A DNA stretch of 64,000 nucleotides from Paraspadella gotoi (GCA_051294375.1 CM119267.1:16282543-16346542), one strand, 5' to 3'. Positions 49,413 through 64,000 are shown, counted from the stretch's first letter. The notes: generated from the letters alone by a model not told the origin. A program made the numbers and translations.

Positions 49413-52400
49413 TCACGAGGGATCCCTTTTCACGAGCCGAACGTTGTGAAAGTCGTCGGCAAGTTCTGGGAACGCCTCTATGCTCCTGATCGGCTCGGCG
49501 CCGTAGTCCGGCAGGAAGGCGTTTCTGAGGATGTGCACCCGCTGCTTCTCGTTCCAGTCGTAGTCACCAAGCCGCCCGGCCAACAGCAGCTCCTGCTCGT
49601 GCTTCCAGGCGCGGTCGACGGCGCGTTGCTGGGCGTTGCGCAACACGCGGGCACGCTCCTTGTCGCGATTGCTCCCGTAGCGCACGGTGGCCACGGTGTT
49701 GTTCGTGGAGACGCTGACGTCGGTGTGATCGGCTCGTTCGCGGCCGTATACTTCCCCGTGGACGAAACGGTGGACGGTGACTTTGACGCCCGTGTCGAGG
49801 GTGTCAACGTTTCCGACGAGCCCGATGGCGCGGAGGTCGGCCTCCGCGTCGCCGAAGTGGTCCTTCACGAAGTAGTGCGTCTCCTTACCGGCGACGTTGA
49901 AGTGAAGGCCGACGGAGATTGAGTCGTTAAAGAGCTTCGACAACGCCGTCCGCGTCGCGTCGCTGATAGACTCGGAGAATCGGACCGTCGCCCGCCGCGT
50001 GCGGTCGTCGACGGTAAGGACGGCACCGTCGCCGAGAATCGAAGGCAACGGCTTGAAGCGGCTCGTCCCGCCAGAGTTGGCCACGGCGGCGGCGGAGGTG
50101 GATTCGAAAAGCGGACGGCCCAGCCGACCCTGCGAGACTTTGGCGGTGACGCTCTGGAACGCCCGCAGACGCGAGACGAAGGAACATTCTAACGCCGATT
50201 CGACGTTGATTGAGGGCGGCGCCCAGGCGGACGGCGTGATCGACGGCGCCGCGATGGGCGCCGTGGCATAGGGCGACGGTAGCCAGGTCTCCACCGATGG
50301 AATGAGGCGCTCGAGGGAAATGCCGAGAAGGGGGAGCCAAGATTCCATGTCTGTTGGCATCAAAGGTTGAGGGTTAAAACTATTTTTTTTTATTAAGAAC
50401 TAAAAATAGAATCCTGTTTCTCATAATAATTAGTAATTTACTAATTCTATACAACAGATGGCTTGAAATCAAACATCCTTTAACTCACCCTGCATCCGGT
50501 TTCCCTGATCCTCCCTCGCGAACGGATCTCCGAACGCATAGACGTTGATCTTGCGGGGATCCTCGCCCACTACCGGCAAGATGCCGAGATCCGGCGTCAT
50601 CCAGGTCGCCAGTTCCGGATCGTAGACGCGGCGTTTTTCGGTGAAGAAAAGAACTCCGGCGAGGGCGTCGTAGGTGGCGCCGCGGAATCCGAAAGGGAAC
50701 TCCAAGTCGGGCGTCGAATCGTACACGAGGCGTCCGTACGGCGAGTACGACATCTGTTGAGTGGGCGAAGTTATTTTTTCAACTAAGGGCCTTTTATTTT
50801 TGTAACTTGTTCAATTAGCGATCGCCAGATGCCGACAAATGTTCTTTTGTCCGATTGACGTCATCGGTTCAGTTACGGTTTATTGCATTTAAAAAGAATT
50901 ACAAAATGCATTTCGAAGTATTTAGTTATCAAAAATATTTTATCACACCTGCTTGATGAGCGACCCCATGCTGTTGAAGATGGCGACGGGCGAACCGACG
51001 AAATCGGTGGCGACGTAAAAATGACTGTCTTCTCGTTGCATGGCGATCACGTGACCTCGAGTGTCGTAGTGGAAGTGGGTGAGGAACTCCGAACTGGGAA
51101 AAAAAGACGGTAAGCGTCGGGTCAGATTATCTGTTATACAAATTGTTTTCTTGTAATTTAAAAAAAATATTTCATAAGCAGTAACTTGTTACCTGTGATT
51201 GTACATGTGAGTGACCCTGTCGGGATACATCCTATCTCCGTAGAAGTATTGGACCAAGATTCCTCTCGAGTCCCGTTGGGCGACGAGTCGGCCCACTGGA
51301 TCGTGATAGAACCAGACTTGAAAGAACCCGCGCTTGAAGACGTGTTCGAGCTGGCCGACCGAGTTGAAGCTGTACATGGTCGACGCTTTCTGCGCGAGAA
51401 ACCCGTCCGCGTCCCAGCGGACAGCGGAGCTCGAGAAGGTCTGAATCTGATCGCGGGTGTTGTATCTGAAAAAGGGGAGAAAAAACGGAATGGTGAGCAA
51501 AAACCTTGAGAATTTCTTGTTCCATGAATCCGATTCTGTATAATGTATATCAAAATACTTCTTGGAAATAAATTTAAACAATGGCTGTTCTTTTGCAGAA
51601 AGTTCGAAATCCTAATTGCGACTTAATATTATTATCCTTAACTTGACGTTTGTTCTTGATACATCCATCATCAAATCATCCAATCCAATAATGTCTCCCC
51701 CAACCGATCCACTCACCTCCTCTCGTTCATGTTGCCCTTCTCCACCATGCTGACGACGTTGCCGTTCTTGTCGTAGATGAACTTCCACAGATCTTGGTTC
51801 CTCTCTTTGACGGAGTCGAGTCGCCCGTCCAGGTCGTACTTGAGCGTGATCGTCCGCGGCTCCGCGCGACTCCCGATCTTCCGCGTGATAGAGGCGACGC
51901 GTCCCACGTCGTCGTAGACGATGTCTTCGCCGTAGACGAGCGAATTGCTGAACTTCATCTGCGGACGAGGGTAGGGGGTGTTATGAAAGGGGCGAGTTAG
52001 GGAGAAGAGTTTTTTAAATTATAATTGTTATTGAGCTTATTATATATGTATAGCGGCAGAGTTCAAACTTTAACACATTATGCCTTGAAAAGATGACAAA
52101 AATGTTGACCACTAATATCAATTAAATCTTCTAAGTAGAAGTAGAGAAGTAGAGCATCACTTTCCTTTGTTGCATATATGATGTTCATTTGTTTACAAAC
52201 AATCATTAATCAAAGCATTCCTTGCTTCGACACTTTCGTTTCGATTTCTAATCCCGAAAACACGTCAATCAAGATCCACAGAAGCTCCTCCTCGCCACTC
52301 CTGCCCCTAATCCCCCCCTCAACTCACCAGCGTCTTGGCCGGGCGTCCGACGCCGTCTCGTTTGGCGGTGATGGCGACGTTGACGTCGCGCGTGACTTGC

Positions 52401-55400
52401 GTGCGGAGATCGGGACGCGCGACGGTGAAAGACTGAAAGTGGGTCACCAGTCCGGTGATGTTGTCGAAAGCCGTGAGAACGGGAGGCAGGGTGGTCGCGC
52501 CGATTTGGACCTCGAGGTGGGTGGGTCTTTTTTTGAGGGGGAGGGAAACGGGTATTAATAAAAATTGGTTATTTCTTTTTCTCTCTTCGACTGTGTCCAC
52601 AGGCTTACAATAAATTATTATTATTTTTTAAATGTAAATCTTTTTTCCCCCAAAGCTGTTGACTGTCAGTATGTTGGACTGGAGAATATAATTAAAGCCA
52701 TACGTTCAACGTTGAATAATAAATATACTTTTAAATATCGTTTAACATCTGGTTATTGACTTTCCATTCTCCACTCACCTAAAACTGTTGTCGTATTTGT
52801 ACTTGAAGGAGGCTCCCACGATGCGGGCGAGGCCTTCTTCGGCCGCCGTGAAGGCGATCCGCTCCTGCTGCACGAAGACCCCCTGGTGGACGAACTCTTG
52901 GGCGCAGGTGAAGACGGACGCCTTGGGGGACGTAGGGTCGCGGCGGCGCAGGAAAAGACGCGTCGGGAGACCGGAGACGTCGCTGTAGTCGTAGGTGACG
53001 TCGGTGTAGTCGAAAAACATCCGGGAGAGAAGGTGGCGACGCTCAGGGGCATAGTGGAAGTGAACTCTGTGAGGGCGGGGGGGGGGAAAGAAAACGTTGG
53101 GGGGTGTGCAGAGTGAGTTCATGATGAAAGATTAGATTCACATTTCTGTTTTGCAATACATCTAGTTATCATTAATAAACAAGAATTTGAAATTTTAACT
53201 TTTACAACAACAACAAAAACAATGCTCCACTGCTTGTAAACTCTAAACCCATCGGCCACGCCTACCTCTTCTTCTCTGACGGCATCCTGATCTGCTTGAG
53301 CCTCCCGTCGTCGAGGACGTCGATCGTGTACCAGGCGTCTTGATCCGGCGGAAAGTAGAGGATGTGACGGAGACCAATGGTCGTCACTTGCGCGAACTGG
53401 TGCTCGGCGTTAGAGGGCACGAGGATCGACTCGAGGTTTCCGTGCTGATCTCGTCGCATGGTGTAAACGTTGGCCGAAGGAAGCTGGACGCTCGATTTCT
53501 GAGAAATGAAGTAATCAACGATTTAGGAATTTTAGTTTATTCTTTTGAATCTACTTTCATGGATAAATAAATAATTAAAAAAACAAAACAAAACTGCATT
53601 GAAGCGTTTTTGAGTGAAAATCGGTAAGAACTAACCTTGGTTCCGTAAGGGATGTACGTGTAGTGAGTGGCGGCTCCGTTCGCCTCGCGGACGAGATTCA
53701 GGCGTCCGTGTTGATCGTACGCGTACGCCTCGGCCATGTTTCCGCGCTGCCATTTCTGCGATTTGAGAACATTGCTTGGATTACAGTTTTTTTCTACAAC
53801 ATGGTAATATAATTATCATCAAGCCATAAATTTCTTTCATCCCATGATTTAAATTTTTTCCACTACGCACCACCAATCGACCGTTCTGGTCGTAAGTATT
53901 GTTGACGGTTGCGATGTCAGGAGACGCCGGTCGCCATAGCAACGACCTTCCGTGTTTGGCGTCGAAATTGACGGTGAGCAGAGGCTCCATTTGATTATTG
54001 ACGAGGGTTTGAGTCCGGAGATCCTGGTTGTACTCGACGCTTAGGATGACCTCGTTATTAACCTGGCGCGGGGAAAGGCGGGTAGGGCGAAAGGGTGAGG
54101 AGAGAAACGTTTACTACTGATCAACGTCGGGATAGTATAACAAAAGTTCACGTGACGATCAAATTGACGTCAAATATATAAGTGGAGTCACAAATGAAAA
54201 AAAGCCGAAATTAAAAAAAAAGCGCCGTAAAGAATCGAAATAAAAACGGATACAGTTTCGGAACATTCGACCGCCTTGTCTGTTTCTTCTGCTGTCGAAA
54301 TATTTTTGTAGTGAAAAAGTATTCCGTTTTTTTATGCCGGTGAAGGTAAGCTTTAATTTGAGTGAAAATTTTATTTTGTTTTTTTTTTGTAAGCCACAAA
54401 AGCTCAAATCTTTTTAAAAAAACGTAAATTTCCCCCAACTATCGACATGCAATGTTTCAAACAATTATTTCCTTTCTGTGAAAGAAAAAAGAGCCACTTA
54501 TCATTGTTCGAAACGATTTAAATTTATAGCTGATCCGGATTTGGTTGAATTAATTTGTGAAAGAATACAATTATGTAGACATGCAAATTTCAGCAACAAA
54601 AAAAGAGCCTTCTGTGAATTACTAAACCAGTTTATGTGTTGCTGCAACGAATAAAATACCAAGCGCTGAACGCGTGCCCGAATTCAAAATATAATCACTT
54701 AATATTTGAATTCGGATCAACACATAAATTTACTTTTGAGAGCTAGAGAAAGAGAGAAATGAGAAAGCGAGAAATGAGTATGAAAAAAAAGTACCAATAA
54801 GTATTGCCACATGGGCACATAGACTCTTTGTGCGTCGCCGGCCCCACCACCACCTTCGATTCTAAAGGCTTTGGTGTGATTTTTTCGCGCTTTGTTGCGA
54901 ACTTTCTTCTGCAGTTTCTTCTGAATTTTCTTTTTAAAAAAAAAAAACAAGAAAAAAGTGACGATAATAGTTACTAAAAATAAATGACAAGTTCGAAACA
55001 TGCGGATGCAACTACATGAAGTAAGAAAGGGGAAAAAAACCTTCGAAAAGGGGGAAGTTAGTGAAATTTTTTAGGTTAATTTTTTTTAATTTTCCCATTG
55101 ATTTGAAAATAAGTTTCGAATTAACGAAACGATGCGAGAGAAGAAATTCTATTTTTCTACGAGCGTCGAAATTTTATGTATCGAGCAAAAAAGCGTTGCG
55201 CGACATAAGGCAGAACAGATTTAGATATTAGTGATTAATCCAATAATTTGTTTATAATGGCTTTTGGCGGCATTTTACTAAGGTTCTGCACTAAATCGGG
55301 GAACGCTTCTCTTTAGTTATTTGCTTTGTTTAAAGAAACATTTCTATAAAGTCTACAAGCATTTTATAAATATTGGAATAATCCTTCAACCGTAAATCGC

Positions 55401-57569
55401 TTCCGCGTAAACTCACCAAGAGCCTCTTGCCGTTGAATCCTTGCGTGATCGGTTCCAACGTCCTGCGTTGTCTCGACCGAGCACGCGCGCGCTTGCGCAG
55501 TCCCCCGCCGTTCGTGGGGGTGGCCAACGTGCTCGGTACTTGCAGGTAATAACGCCACTCGGCGCGATGCGAAGCTTCTAATGGTGGGTATGGAGAAAGA
55601 GCATACAAATACAATAATTACAATTTTTTACACAAAATGTCGTTAAAAACACGCTTGTAACCCAAAGAGACTATTTAAAAGAATTTCTATCTTATTAGTA
55701 CAAAAAAATTCGTATTTTATCAATAACTATGGAGGTCCCGACAAACTTTTTTCCCCGCCCTTGCGAATCCGCCATCTTACTCGGCAACTGAGCCCTCCTG
55801 ACGATTTGCAGCGGAATGGTGGTGGTTGCTGCGCCGGCGTCCGCGTCGACAGAGCCGAGGACCAGCGTCGGCGGGCGAATGTCGAGAACGAGGCGAGAGT
55901 CGGCAGGGTGGTGTAGCTGCAGTGATCCGTCGTGGGAAGACTGGAGCTGCAGCGGTGGGCTGGATTCTGCGAAAGAAAGGGAGAGAAATGGAATCACAAC
56001 GAACCACAACAAATCAATAAAATCAATAAAAAAATTAATAACATTACAAAATTATCAATCTCTTAATTACTATCTTGATCAAACATCCTGCAAGCCCTCC
56101 CAAAGCCTCGTCGCACTCACTCTTTACGATGCTGAGCGCCCCTCGGTGGGCGATGAGCTTCTCGTCCTCGACTCCGTTGCGTCGGACGTCGACGACGGCG
56201 CCGGTGCTGCCGATGTCTCCGTCCAGCGTCACCACATCGCCCGTCGGCTCTACGACGCCTGTCAAACGTCCGAACGAGTTGTACGTGTAGAAGAACATCT
56301 GTCCGAGCGAATCGTTCTTCGTCTTGAGCAAGTGGGTTCCTTGGGAAAGAGGGGGGAAAGAAAGTTGTAATCACAGAGACATAATGAAGGCGTGTTCCAG
56401 CCTGCTATTTGCCAGATTCAGATTATCAGATATAAACATTGTACGTATTACGTATTACGTACAGAATCTTACCGGGATAATAAGTAAACGCCGTCGTGAA
56501 ATTGTCGGTCGTGTTAAAATGTTGGAGCATGCCCGTGCCTCCGGCCGCCATGTTGATGGAGATCTCGGACTTGTGCCCGTCCGGGTTGACGAGACCCGTC
56601 GGGGACGCGTAGTCGTGGAGGACTCTCAGGCGGTGCGCCTGATCGTCCTCCACCACGGAGAGTTTGCCGTAGAAAGTGTTGACCGTGTAGGAGAAGCGGT
56701 AGAGTTCCGTACCTGGTTATGGTGTTGTAATGTATAATTTTTTTTTGATTATATTCTTTTTTGAACAAAGAAATTTTAATATTTCCCGATAAATTAATTA
56801 TTCTGATCAAATCCAGAATTCCCAATTTATACACTCAATCAAGTTAACTCACGCAATCAATCATTAAATAAGTAATGAACAAATGAAATGATTATTAAAT
56901 AAATGAATGAATTAATGAATCAACGAATCAATCAGTTAATCAATAAATATTTTTTAAAAAAATGAATGTACCAGTAATGATGTTTTTGGTGGCGACGTGC
57001 TGCCCGTGTCTATTAAACACGTACAACTCCTGCGTCTCCGGCGAGAAGACCTCGTACTGCCGGAATTTGTTCTGTTCGGGCAGAACGGCCTGGACCGATC
57101 TGACTCGGAGGTTGCCCTGGGTGTGGGAAAAGGGGAAAGAGGTTATTCCTCGAGTCGGCGGCCGCGGAATCGATTCCTGACCCGGCGAAGTCACTCACCT
57201 GATCGGCGATGTGCAGCGTGTTGTCCGGGGTGACCGTGATGGAGGTGGGGAGGTAGAGGAGGGCGTCAAGGGCGACCGAAACGTCAGCGTCGAAGCATTT
57301 GCACGTCATCTCTTGGCAATCGCACTTGGGGTCGCCGCCTGGGGTGTAAATAAATAGATTTAAATAAATAGATAAATAAGTATATAAATAAATAAATACA
57401 TAAATAGATTATTAATTAAATACAACATAAATATATGTATGAATAAATGAATAAATTTAAAATTAAATACAAAAAAATGAATAAATAAATACTATTAAAT
57501 AGATTTAAATGAATACCTACAAAAATAAAAAAATAAATAAATAATTAAATAAATAAATAAATAAATAAA

Positions 57570-57600
<31 letters not shown>

Positions 57601-57676
57601 AAATATAAAGAAACAAATAAATAATAAATAAATAATAAATACATAAACAACAAATAAATAAAATAAATAAATATAA

Positions 57677-57707
<31 letters not shown>

Positions 57708-60447
57708 ACTAACTCACCGACGACGTGATGGATGATCCCGTCGGTGGTGACTTTTCTGACCCTGTGAATCCTGTGAAGGTCGCTCTCGGAGATGTAGAGA
57801 TCCCCGTTGGCGTCGAAGGTGATGTCCTGAGGCGAGATGAGCGTGACGTCCCTCGCGTTGTTGCTTCCGCTCCGCTCGGGGCAATGGATGGGATGTCCGG
57901 CCACGATGCGGACGAACCCGTTGTCCGTGAGTTGGAGGACCATGTCCGAGTCGATCACGTGGAGCGTGTCGTCGAGCGGATTGACGGCGAGAGCGGTCGG
58001 CCAGGTGAAGGTCATCTGAAGCGGGAGGGAGAAATTATAAATTCTATTCTTACGCCAAGACGCAGCACGACAATATATTCGATACCGCACCTGTCCAAAC
58101 GGCACCGCCTTGTCGCAGGGCATGGGATTATATTGAGACACGAGCCCTTTAGGCATCCCGATGACGGTGGAGACGATTCCTTGACGATCCACTTTGCGGA
58201 TGCTCGTGCCGTCGACGAAGAAGAGCTCCCCTCGTCGGTTGAAGGCGATGCCCTTGGGGTAAGAGAGGATCGCGTCTTTGGCAGGTTTCCCGTCGCCGCA
58301 GAGGTCGTTGCTGGACGGGAGGCATTGGAAGCCTGCAATAACAACGTAGGGGGGGTGGGTCATAAAAGATGATGTCGGAGAATTAGGGAGCCGACTGCAG
58401 ACGATTACGAAAACGGCGTCGCAGAAAACGAATGAATTGTTTCCGTAGGACTGCCACTTAGTACTCTTGCCATACAAATGACAAAAAGTTCATGAGAAGA
58501 TACACGAAAGTATCTTGCCAGGTTTGCCATGTTTAAAGCCAAGATGATGTATTGCCAAAACTGGTCAAGTTAATATAGTAGAGGAAATTCATTCAAACAT
58601 CCATGTCACCAAATCGTCACCTGTTCCGGCGACGACTTCGTAATTAGACTGCAACTCTTGCTTGGAGAGTCCCGTGTATTTCTTGATTCTGATGATCTGT
58701 CGAGTCTGGTAGTTGGAGACGTAGACTCCTTCGAAAGAGTCCGTGCCTTCGATGGGATTGACGGCCAGGTGGTACTTGTAGGGAACCGAACCGGACCTGA
58801 AGAAAGTACAGGTTTAGAATGAAGACGAGTCCTTCATTTATTAGAAGCAAGACGAAACATTTTCTCTCTCTCTCTCTCTCTCTCGTTTCTTTCTTTTCTT
58901 TCTTTCTTTCTTTCTTTCTTTCTTTTCTTCTTTCATTTCCACTTCCCCTCACCCAATCTCCAAAATATGTTCGATGTTTTGATCCGGCGTCACCATTATG
59001 ACAAAATTGTAATCGCCGATGAACAGCGCCCCCTTGGCGTTATGCGTCAACGCCACGGGCGCCAACAGACGCTGACGGTTTTCCGGGTTGGTGCAATCGT
59101 CGCAGCTGAGCGAGCGACGGTATCCGTTGCCGAGACGGGTCATGATCTGGTGGGGGCGTTCCTTCAGGTAGACGTTCGTGCCGTCGCCCTTATAGAGGAT
59201 GCCTTTGGAGTTGAGGAATAGACGGGAGGGAAGAGATGGGATTAGAGATGGGAAGAAGAGATGGGATATTGAAAGAGAAGATGGGAAGGAGGGAAGGAGG
59301 GAAGATTATGGATGAGAAAGGTAAGACAATTAAAAATGGAAAAAAAATACAAGAATATAAACATAAACATGAAGAGTCATCTCAAGTCAAAACACTGACA
59401 CTCACCCTCTTGAAAGTGATATTTGTGATGCATGTGAAGGTTCCAGCCTCCGATATCGGAGGAGGGCATGTCGTAACCCGCCAGCGTCGTCGTCTTCGTC
59501 TCCCAAAAGACTTCCCGACAATCCCGATACTCGTAGCCGACGGAGACCAGGGCGTTGACGATCCCGTAGACTTTTTGTCGGTAAGCGTTGCGTCGGTCCC
59601 AGGCGAAGGTGTATTTGATGGAGGCGTCGCCTGGCGGGAAAAGGGGGGGCGAGGGAATTCAGTAATCGATTATTTAATTAATTTATAATCTAACAATCGA
59701 ACTCACCCTCGAAAATCTTTTCCGTGAGGGATCCTTCGACGATGACCCTCAGGTACACGCGGACGAGCGTGTCGGGAATGCTGTCCGGAGTCGCCTTGAT
59801 CAAAATGGTCGACAAATATCCCGCGCTTTTCGACGAGTGATAGATGAGATGCGCCTGGAAAGGATCGTGGATGAGAGAATGAAATTCGATGAATTACGAG
59901 ACGGCAGCTGCGGCTGAGTATGTCTCACCTGCGTGCCCGGTATCGCGATGCTCTCCTGCAGCACTTGACTCTCCGGCAGGACGGTGCTCTTCTCCGGGCA
60001 CGCCCCCTTTTGACTCTGCTCCCAAGTGGAGAGCACGAGCGGGACCATGAGCGCCGGGTCGTGAAGGAACCGGACGCAAAGAGCGTCGCCGACGGGCGTG
60101 GCGCCCGGCGGCTGGATCCGGCCCTCGATCGGCAGGCGCACGGGTTCAGCCAGAACGACGTATCGATTCCAAGGAGCGTAGGCCGTGACTTCTTGGGGCA
60201 AAAAGGGCTGTCGCTGAAACTGAAGCTGGATGGAATTCCGCGCTCGTTTGACCAGAAAATCGAACTCTTCCGTTGGATCTGGGGGGGGGTAAGGGTCGTG
60301 GAGGGGGGTGGGAGGAGTGGGTGAGGTTTGGGCGAGTAGGCAGGAGGGACTGCTTTCTTTGACGGCCGTAGTGATTGTATTTGCATTTTAAAATCCCAAA
60401 GATTCGTTTTAGTTATTGAAAGGAAGGTTTGTCCTTGCACTAAAAAT

Positions 60448-60491
<44 letters not shown>

Positions 60492-61309
60492 GAGAGAGAG
60501 AGAAGAGAGAGAGAGAAGAGAGAGAGAGAGAAAAAGGGGCGGGCAAAAAAAGGAAACTCGAGTAAGAAAGAGAAAAAAGAGTTTTCGAAAAGGAGGAAGT
60601 CAACTGAAGAGAAAATTATTACACGACGCATTGGCGAATAGCCTGTCAATTTCGAAACAATGGGTGACGACGTCTATTTTTTGGCAAAAGGAAAAAGTTT
60701 TGTCTTTCTTTCTCTCTTTGTGTGGAGACTGTTTTTTACTTTCTTTGTAATTTGAAAAAAGAGAAATGTCATACTAATTTAAGACGGAAAATATATTCCT
60801 TAAAAAAAAAAAATGAAAATTGTTGAAATAAACGCGCAATAATCCAATATATAGTATTTTTGAGTTTTACAAAAAAAAATTACAAGTACAAAACCCGACC
60901 AAAGAATGAGCCCTGCAAATGTTCTTCCCCCCTAACTCACCTAGTGAGGGTGAAACCCCACAAAGGCTCGTGCTTGACGGAGACCCTGACGCCCATGACG
61001 GGTCCGCGTCCTCGCAGCGACCACGCGCGCCGCGCAGGCACCGCACGGCGCGACTCGTTGAAGGCCGAGCGGTCGGTGAAACTCTGCACGAGTCCTGAAA
61101 ACGAAGGGGGGTTGGTAGTTGGCCAAAGGAGGGGGTGAAAAATCGTTCAAGGTGGAGAGGGCGTGTCGAAGAAGAAAATGTTAATCGGATTAATAAGATT
61201 CTAAAGGAGAAAAAAAAAAATCCTTGGCGAAGGCGAAAAAAGCCTTCGCCGGAATATGAACTTTCTATCTTTTTTTTTTTAAAACTGGAATGAATACGCG
61301 AGCTAATAT

Positions 61310-61367
<58 letters not shown>

Positions 61368-62079
61368 GAGAGAGAGAGGAGAGAGAAGGGGCGTGGTAGA
61401 GAGAAGAGAGAATCTGAGAGGATTTCGAGAAACATCCTTAATTTCCTTTTCTTTTTTTTAAATCCTTTCTCATCTTCAGATTAAATATTTTTTTTTCTTT
61501 TTTCTTTTTTTCCTTTTCCTCCCGCTATTTTTTTTCTTTCCTTCCTCCGTTTTCATTATTTTCTCTCTCTTCAGCCTTTCGCTCGTTAACGTTTCTTCTT
61601 CTTACGCTACATTAAAACCGCGAGAATTATATACATCTTTCAACGAGAATGCGTAAATGTTACTTTTATTACTATTCTATGGTAATTCGTACTAACAATC
61701 TCTACTTTCGCCGACAGAGAACGCGAGGATGAACGATGAGAAAAGAAGAAAAAAGGAGAAAAAGAAAAAAACAAAAACAGAGAAAGAATTATAAAAAAAA
61801 CAAGAAAAGTGAAGTTGAAAAAAAAAAAGCGAAAAAAGATAAAGCGGAATTGAATGAAGTCTTTTCACCTTCGATACACGACATTCCGCCCTCCTCTTTA
61901 CCGCCCCCTGCTCCCCCCTCTCTCCGCCCTCGTCAGGTGGACCGCAATTCAAACTTCTCCCCCCCCGAACCGAATTCCTTCCATCGGGTGGTGAAAGAAA
62001 GAAAATTGACGTCTGAAGAAGGAAAGAGGTGAAGAAACGAGACAGGCGGAAAGATAAATAGGTGAAAGCGTACAAGAGA

Positions 62080-62168
<89 letters not shown>

Positions 62169-62576
62169 AGAAGAGAGAGTAAAAAAGCTCTTTTGCGGGT
62201 GGAAAGAAACCCCCGCGACTCGCGTAACCATGACGACGAGAGAACGCCGTTGATTTTAACGAGTTAAAACGAGACGACTTACGTCTTCGACGAGGAACCG
62301 GGTGCGTTCGTAAAAGCTGGCGGTTGTGGAAGGTGGCTGCATGCGGAGAGGACTTCCATGGATCCGGGGATGCGGAACAGAGGAGGGAAGACTCGCACAC
62401 GGGGCTCGAGCAGCACTCGTGTCCTTGAAAGGATGACGTGAAAGCGAGGAAAGGGGGTTTCGGGGAATGGAGAGGGGGGGGGGAGGCGAGAAGTTCGAGG
62501 TAAAAGGTCCGTGAATTTTGGGTCAGATTCGCGGGCGCGATTTGATTTTAGCGAGGGATCTCAGAGGGTTTTAGGA

Positions 62577-62643
<67 letters not shown>

Positions 62644-63661
62644 AGAAGAGAGAGAGGAGAGGAAGGAGAGGCGAAGAAGATTAGCATAAACGACTTCGTC
62701 GTTCTCGGATGATGGAAAATATGAAAATCCGAGAGAGAAAGTTTGATTCGACTCGCTAAAACGAGGTCGTGCTATTTCGCTATTTATAACGAGGTTTTAT
62801 ATTTCGCTCATTCGAGGTCATCTTAATCGTTTAATATGAGGTCGCGTCATTTTAACCTCTGGAGAGAAGTTAAATTTTCTTTTATAAACTTCTCTTAGAG
62901 ATGTGGTTATTTTATTATTAAAGTTCATCGAAGCGAAAATTCAAATTTTAAATTTCAAATTCGTTTTGTTTTTCAGTCGATAAAGTATTTCTCGCTCCAT
63001 GAATTTTTCACACTACATCTTCTTCACTCCAAATGCGCACCTGGCAATCCGTGAGTCGTCTCTGTCGTTGTCCATGTTGTCGTCGCAGATGGATTCGACT
63101 TGGATGTCGCAGGCGGCGCCGCGCCACGTCTCGTGACAGATGCAGCGCCACTCGTCGTCGATTTTGCTTGCAGCTCCCGTGGCTGGAGCAATGCTTGGGA
63201 CAGCCCTCCTGTTGGAGCGGGTTTAAGAAAAGGGAAGTGAGGGGTAAGGGTGGTGTTGAGTATCAGAGAATTCACATAGGGGATAGATCGAAACACGAAT
63301 TAAAGTCTTCGTTTACATTCGAATTCTGTATTAAAACTGGATTCATGGAAATAAGAAAAAAAAAAAACGAACGCGGAACGACAAACGAACAATCGATTTG
63401 TCTTACAAGACTAAAACTCTATAACGAACCAACCAACTCTTTCCGTCTTGAATAATTCTATTTTTTTAGACTCACCCAAAGAACACATGTTTCCCGTTGA
63501 ATCCGGATTGCAGACGCAGGTGCCGTTGTGGCACTGACCGTGGGCGGCGCATTTCGGAGAGCACTTCCAGTTGGTCGCAGGTGGCCCGCCCATCCGGGTC
63601 GGCACGGCAGCGTCCGCGTTTTCCGCAGTCGCCGTCTGGCGCGCAGTCGATGGAACACATC
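49413..63661 (-). CDS. Teneurin (Ten-m/odz family), partial; 5' end lies beyond the window, more than 25 exons visible
   Basis: EGF repeats at 63476-63661 and ~63035-63208 (C..HGQC.NGTCVC); CCSSPVC at ~62400; PE.QVLQESI.IPG at ~59930; NHL/beta-propeller exons (LLAPVAL, YPKGIAF, WPTALAVNPLD); YD repeats (YDLDGRL, YDKNGN, YSPYG); RHS-core-like YDPELATWMTPD; last exon 50350-49413 with RAWKHEQ...W...YGAE...FPELADDFHNVRL (Tox-GHH/TCAP region). Confidence 0.95.
57345..57712. repeat. (TAAA)n-rich low-complexity intron in teneurin
   Basis: Read directly from the sequence. Confidence 0.85.
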
Positions 63662-64000
63662 TCTGCGCGGAGAGGGGAAAGTAGAGGGGGGGAAGAGAAG
63701 AGGGGTAGGGTGAAGCTATGAGCCTAGAAGGTAGTATTCGGAAAAATGGCCGAGGGTGAGTTTAATCTGTTCGAAATATAAAAGCGAATTCTTACGAATA
63801 ATTACTTTAAAAGAGACAAGTACAGAAGAAAAACCCTGGAAATGGTTTGTAGGGTAAACCCGACCGCGTTTGAAATATATAACAAGCATTTTCGAAAGCC
63901 TTTTTCTCTCTCCCCGAATCAATGGAAAAGGAAACCGAAGTAAAAAGGGGAATGAGCGAAATTAGGCGAAATCGTGGCGGGCGTCAAATGCGCCGGAATT

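Noticed and set aside
49413-53500. Bacterial RHS/YD toxin or recent horizontal transfer
   Set aside because: The YD repeats and the C-terminal toxin-like region are standard teneurin parts, and here they are split by spliceosomal introns.

Overview
Eukaryotic (metazoan, invertebrate-like) genomic DNA with GT-AG introns, many (GA/TC)n microsatellites, N-gaps and clear long-read gap-filling noise. Genes read from the sequence, in order: the 3' part of a SID-1/SIDT family gene (+, with a noisy tandem copy), a secreted QPD-type C-type lectin (-, locally scrambled), a full ABCB1/P-glycoprotein (+), intronless PTGES2 (+), PAIP1 (+), an atypical Jun-like bZIP (+), HHAT/rasp-type MBOAT (+), a 17-exon gene that appears to fuse a CAMK-type pseudokinase to a catalytically dead GAPDH (+), and most of a teneurin (-, 5' end outside the window). 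The most notable candidate is the pseudokinase-pseudo-GAPDH fusion at 41817-48125. Exon boundaries were assembled by eye and need RNA support. No database searches were run.
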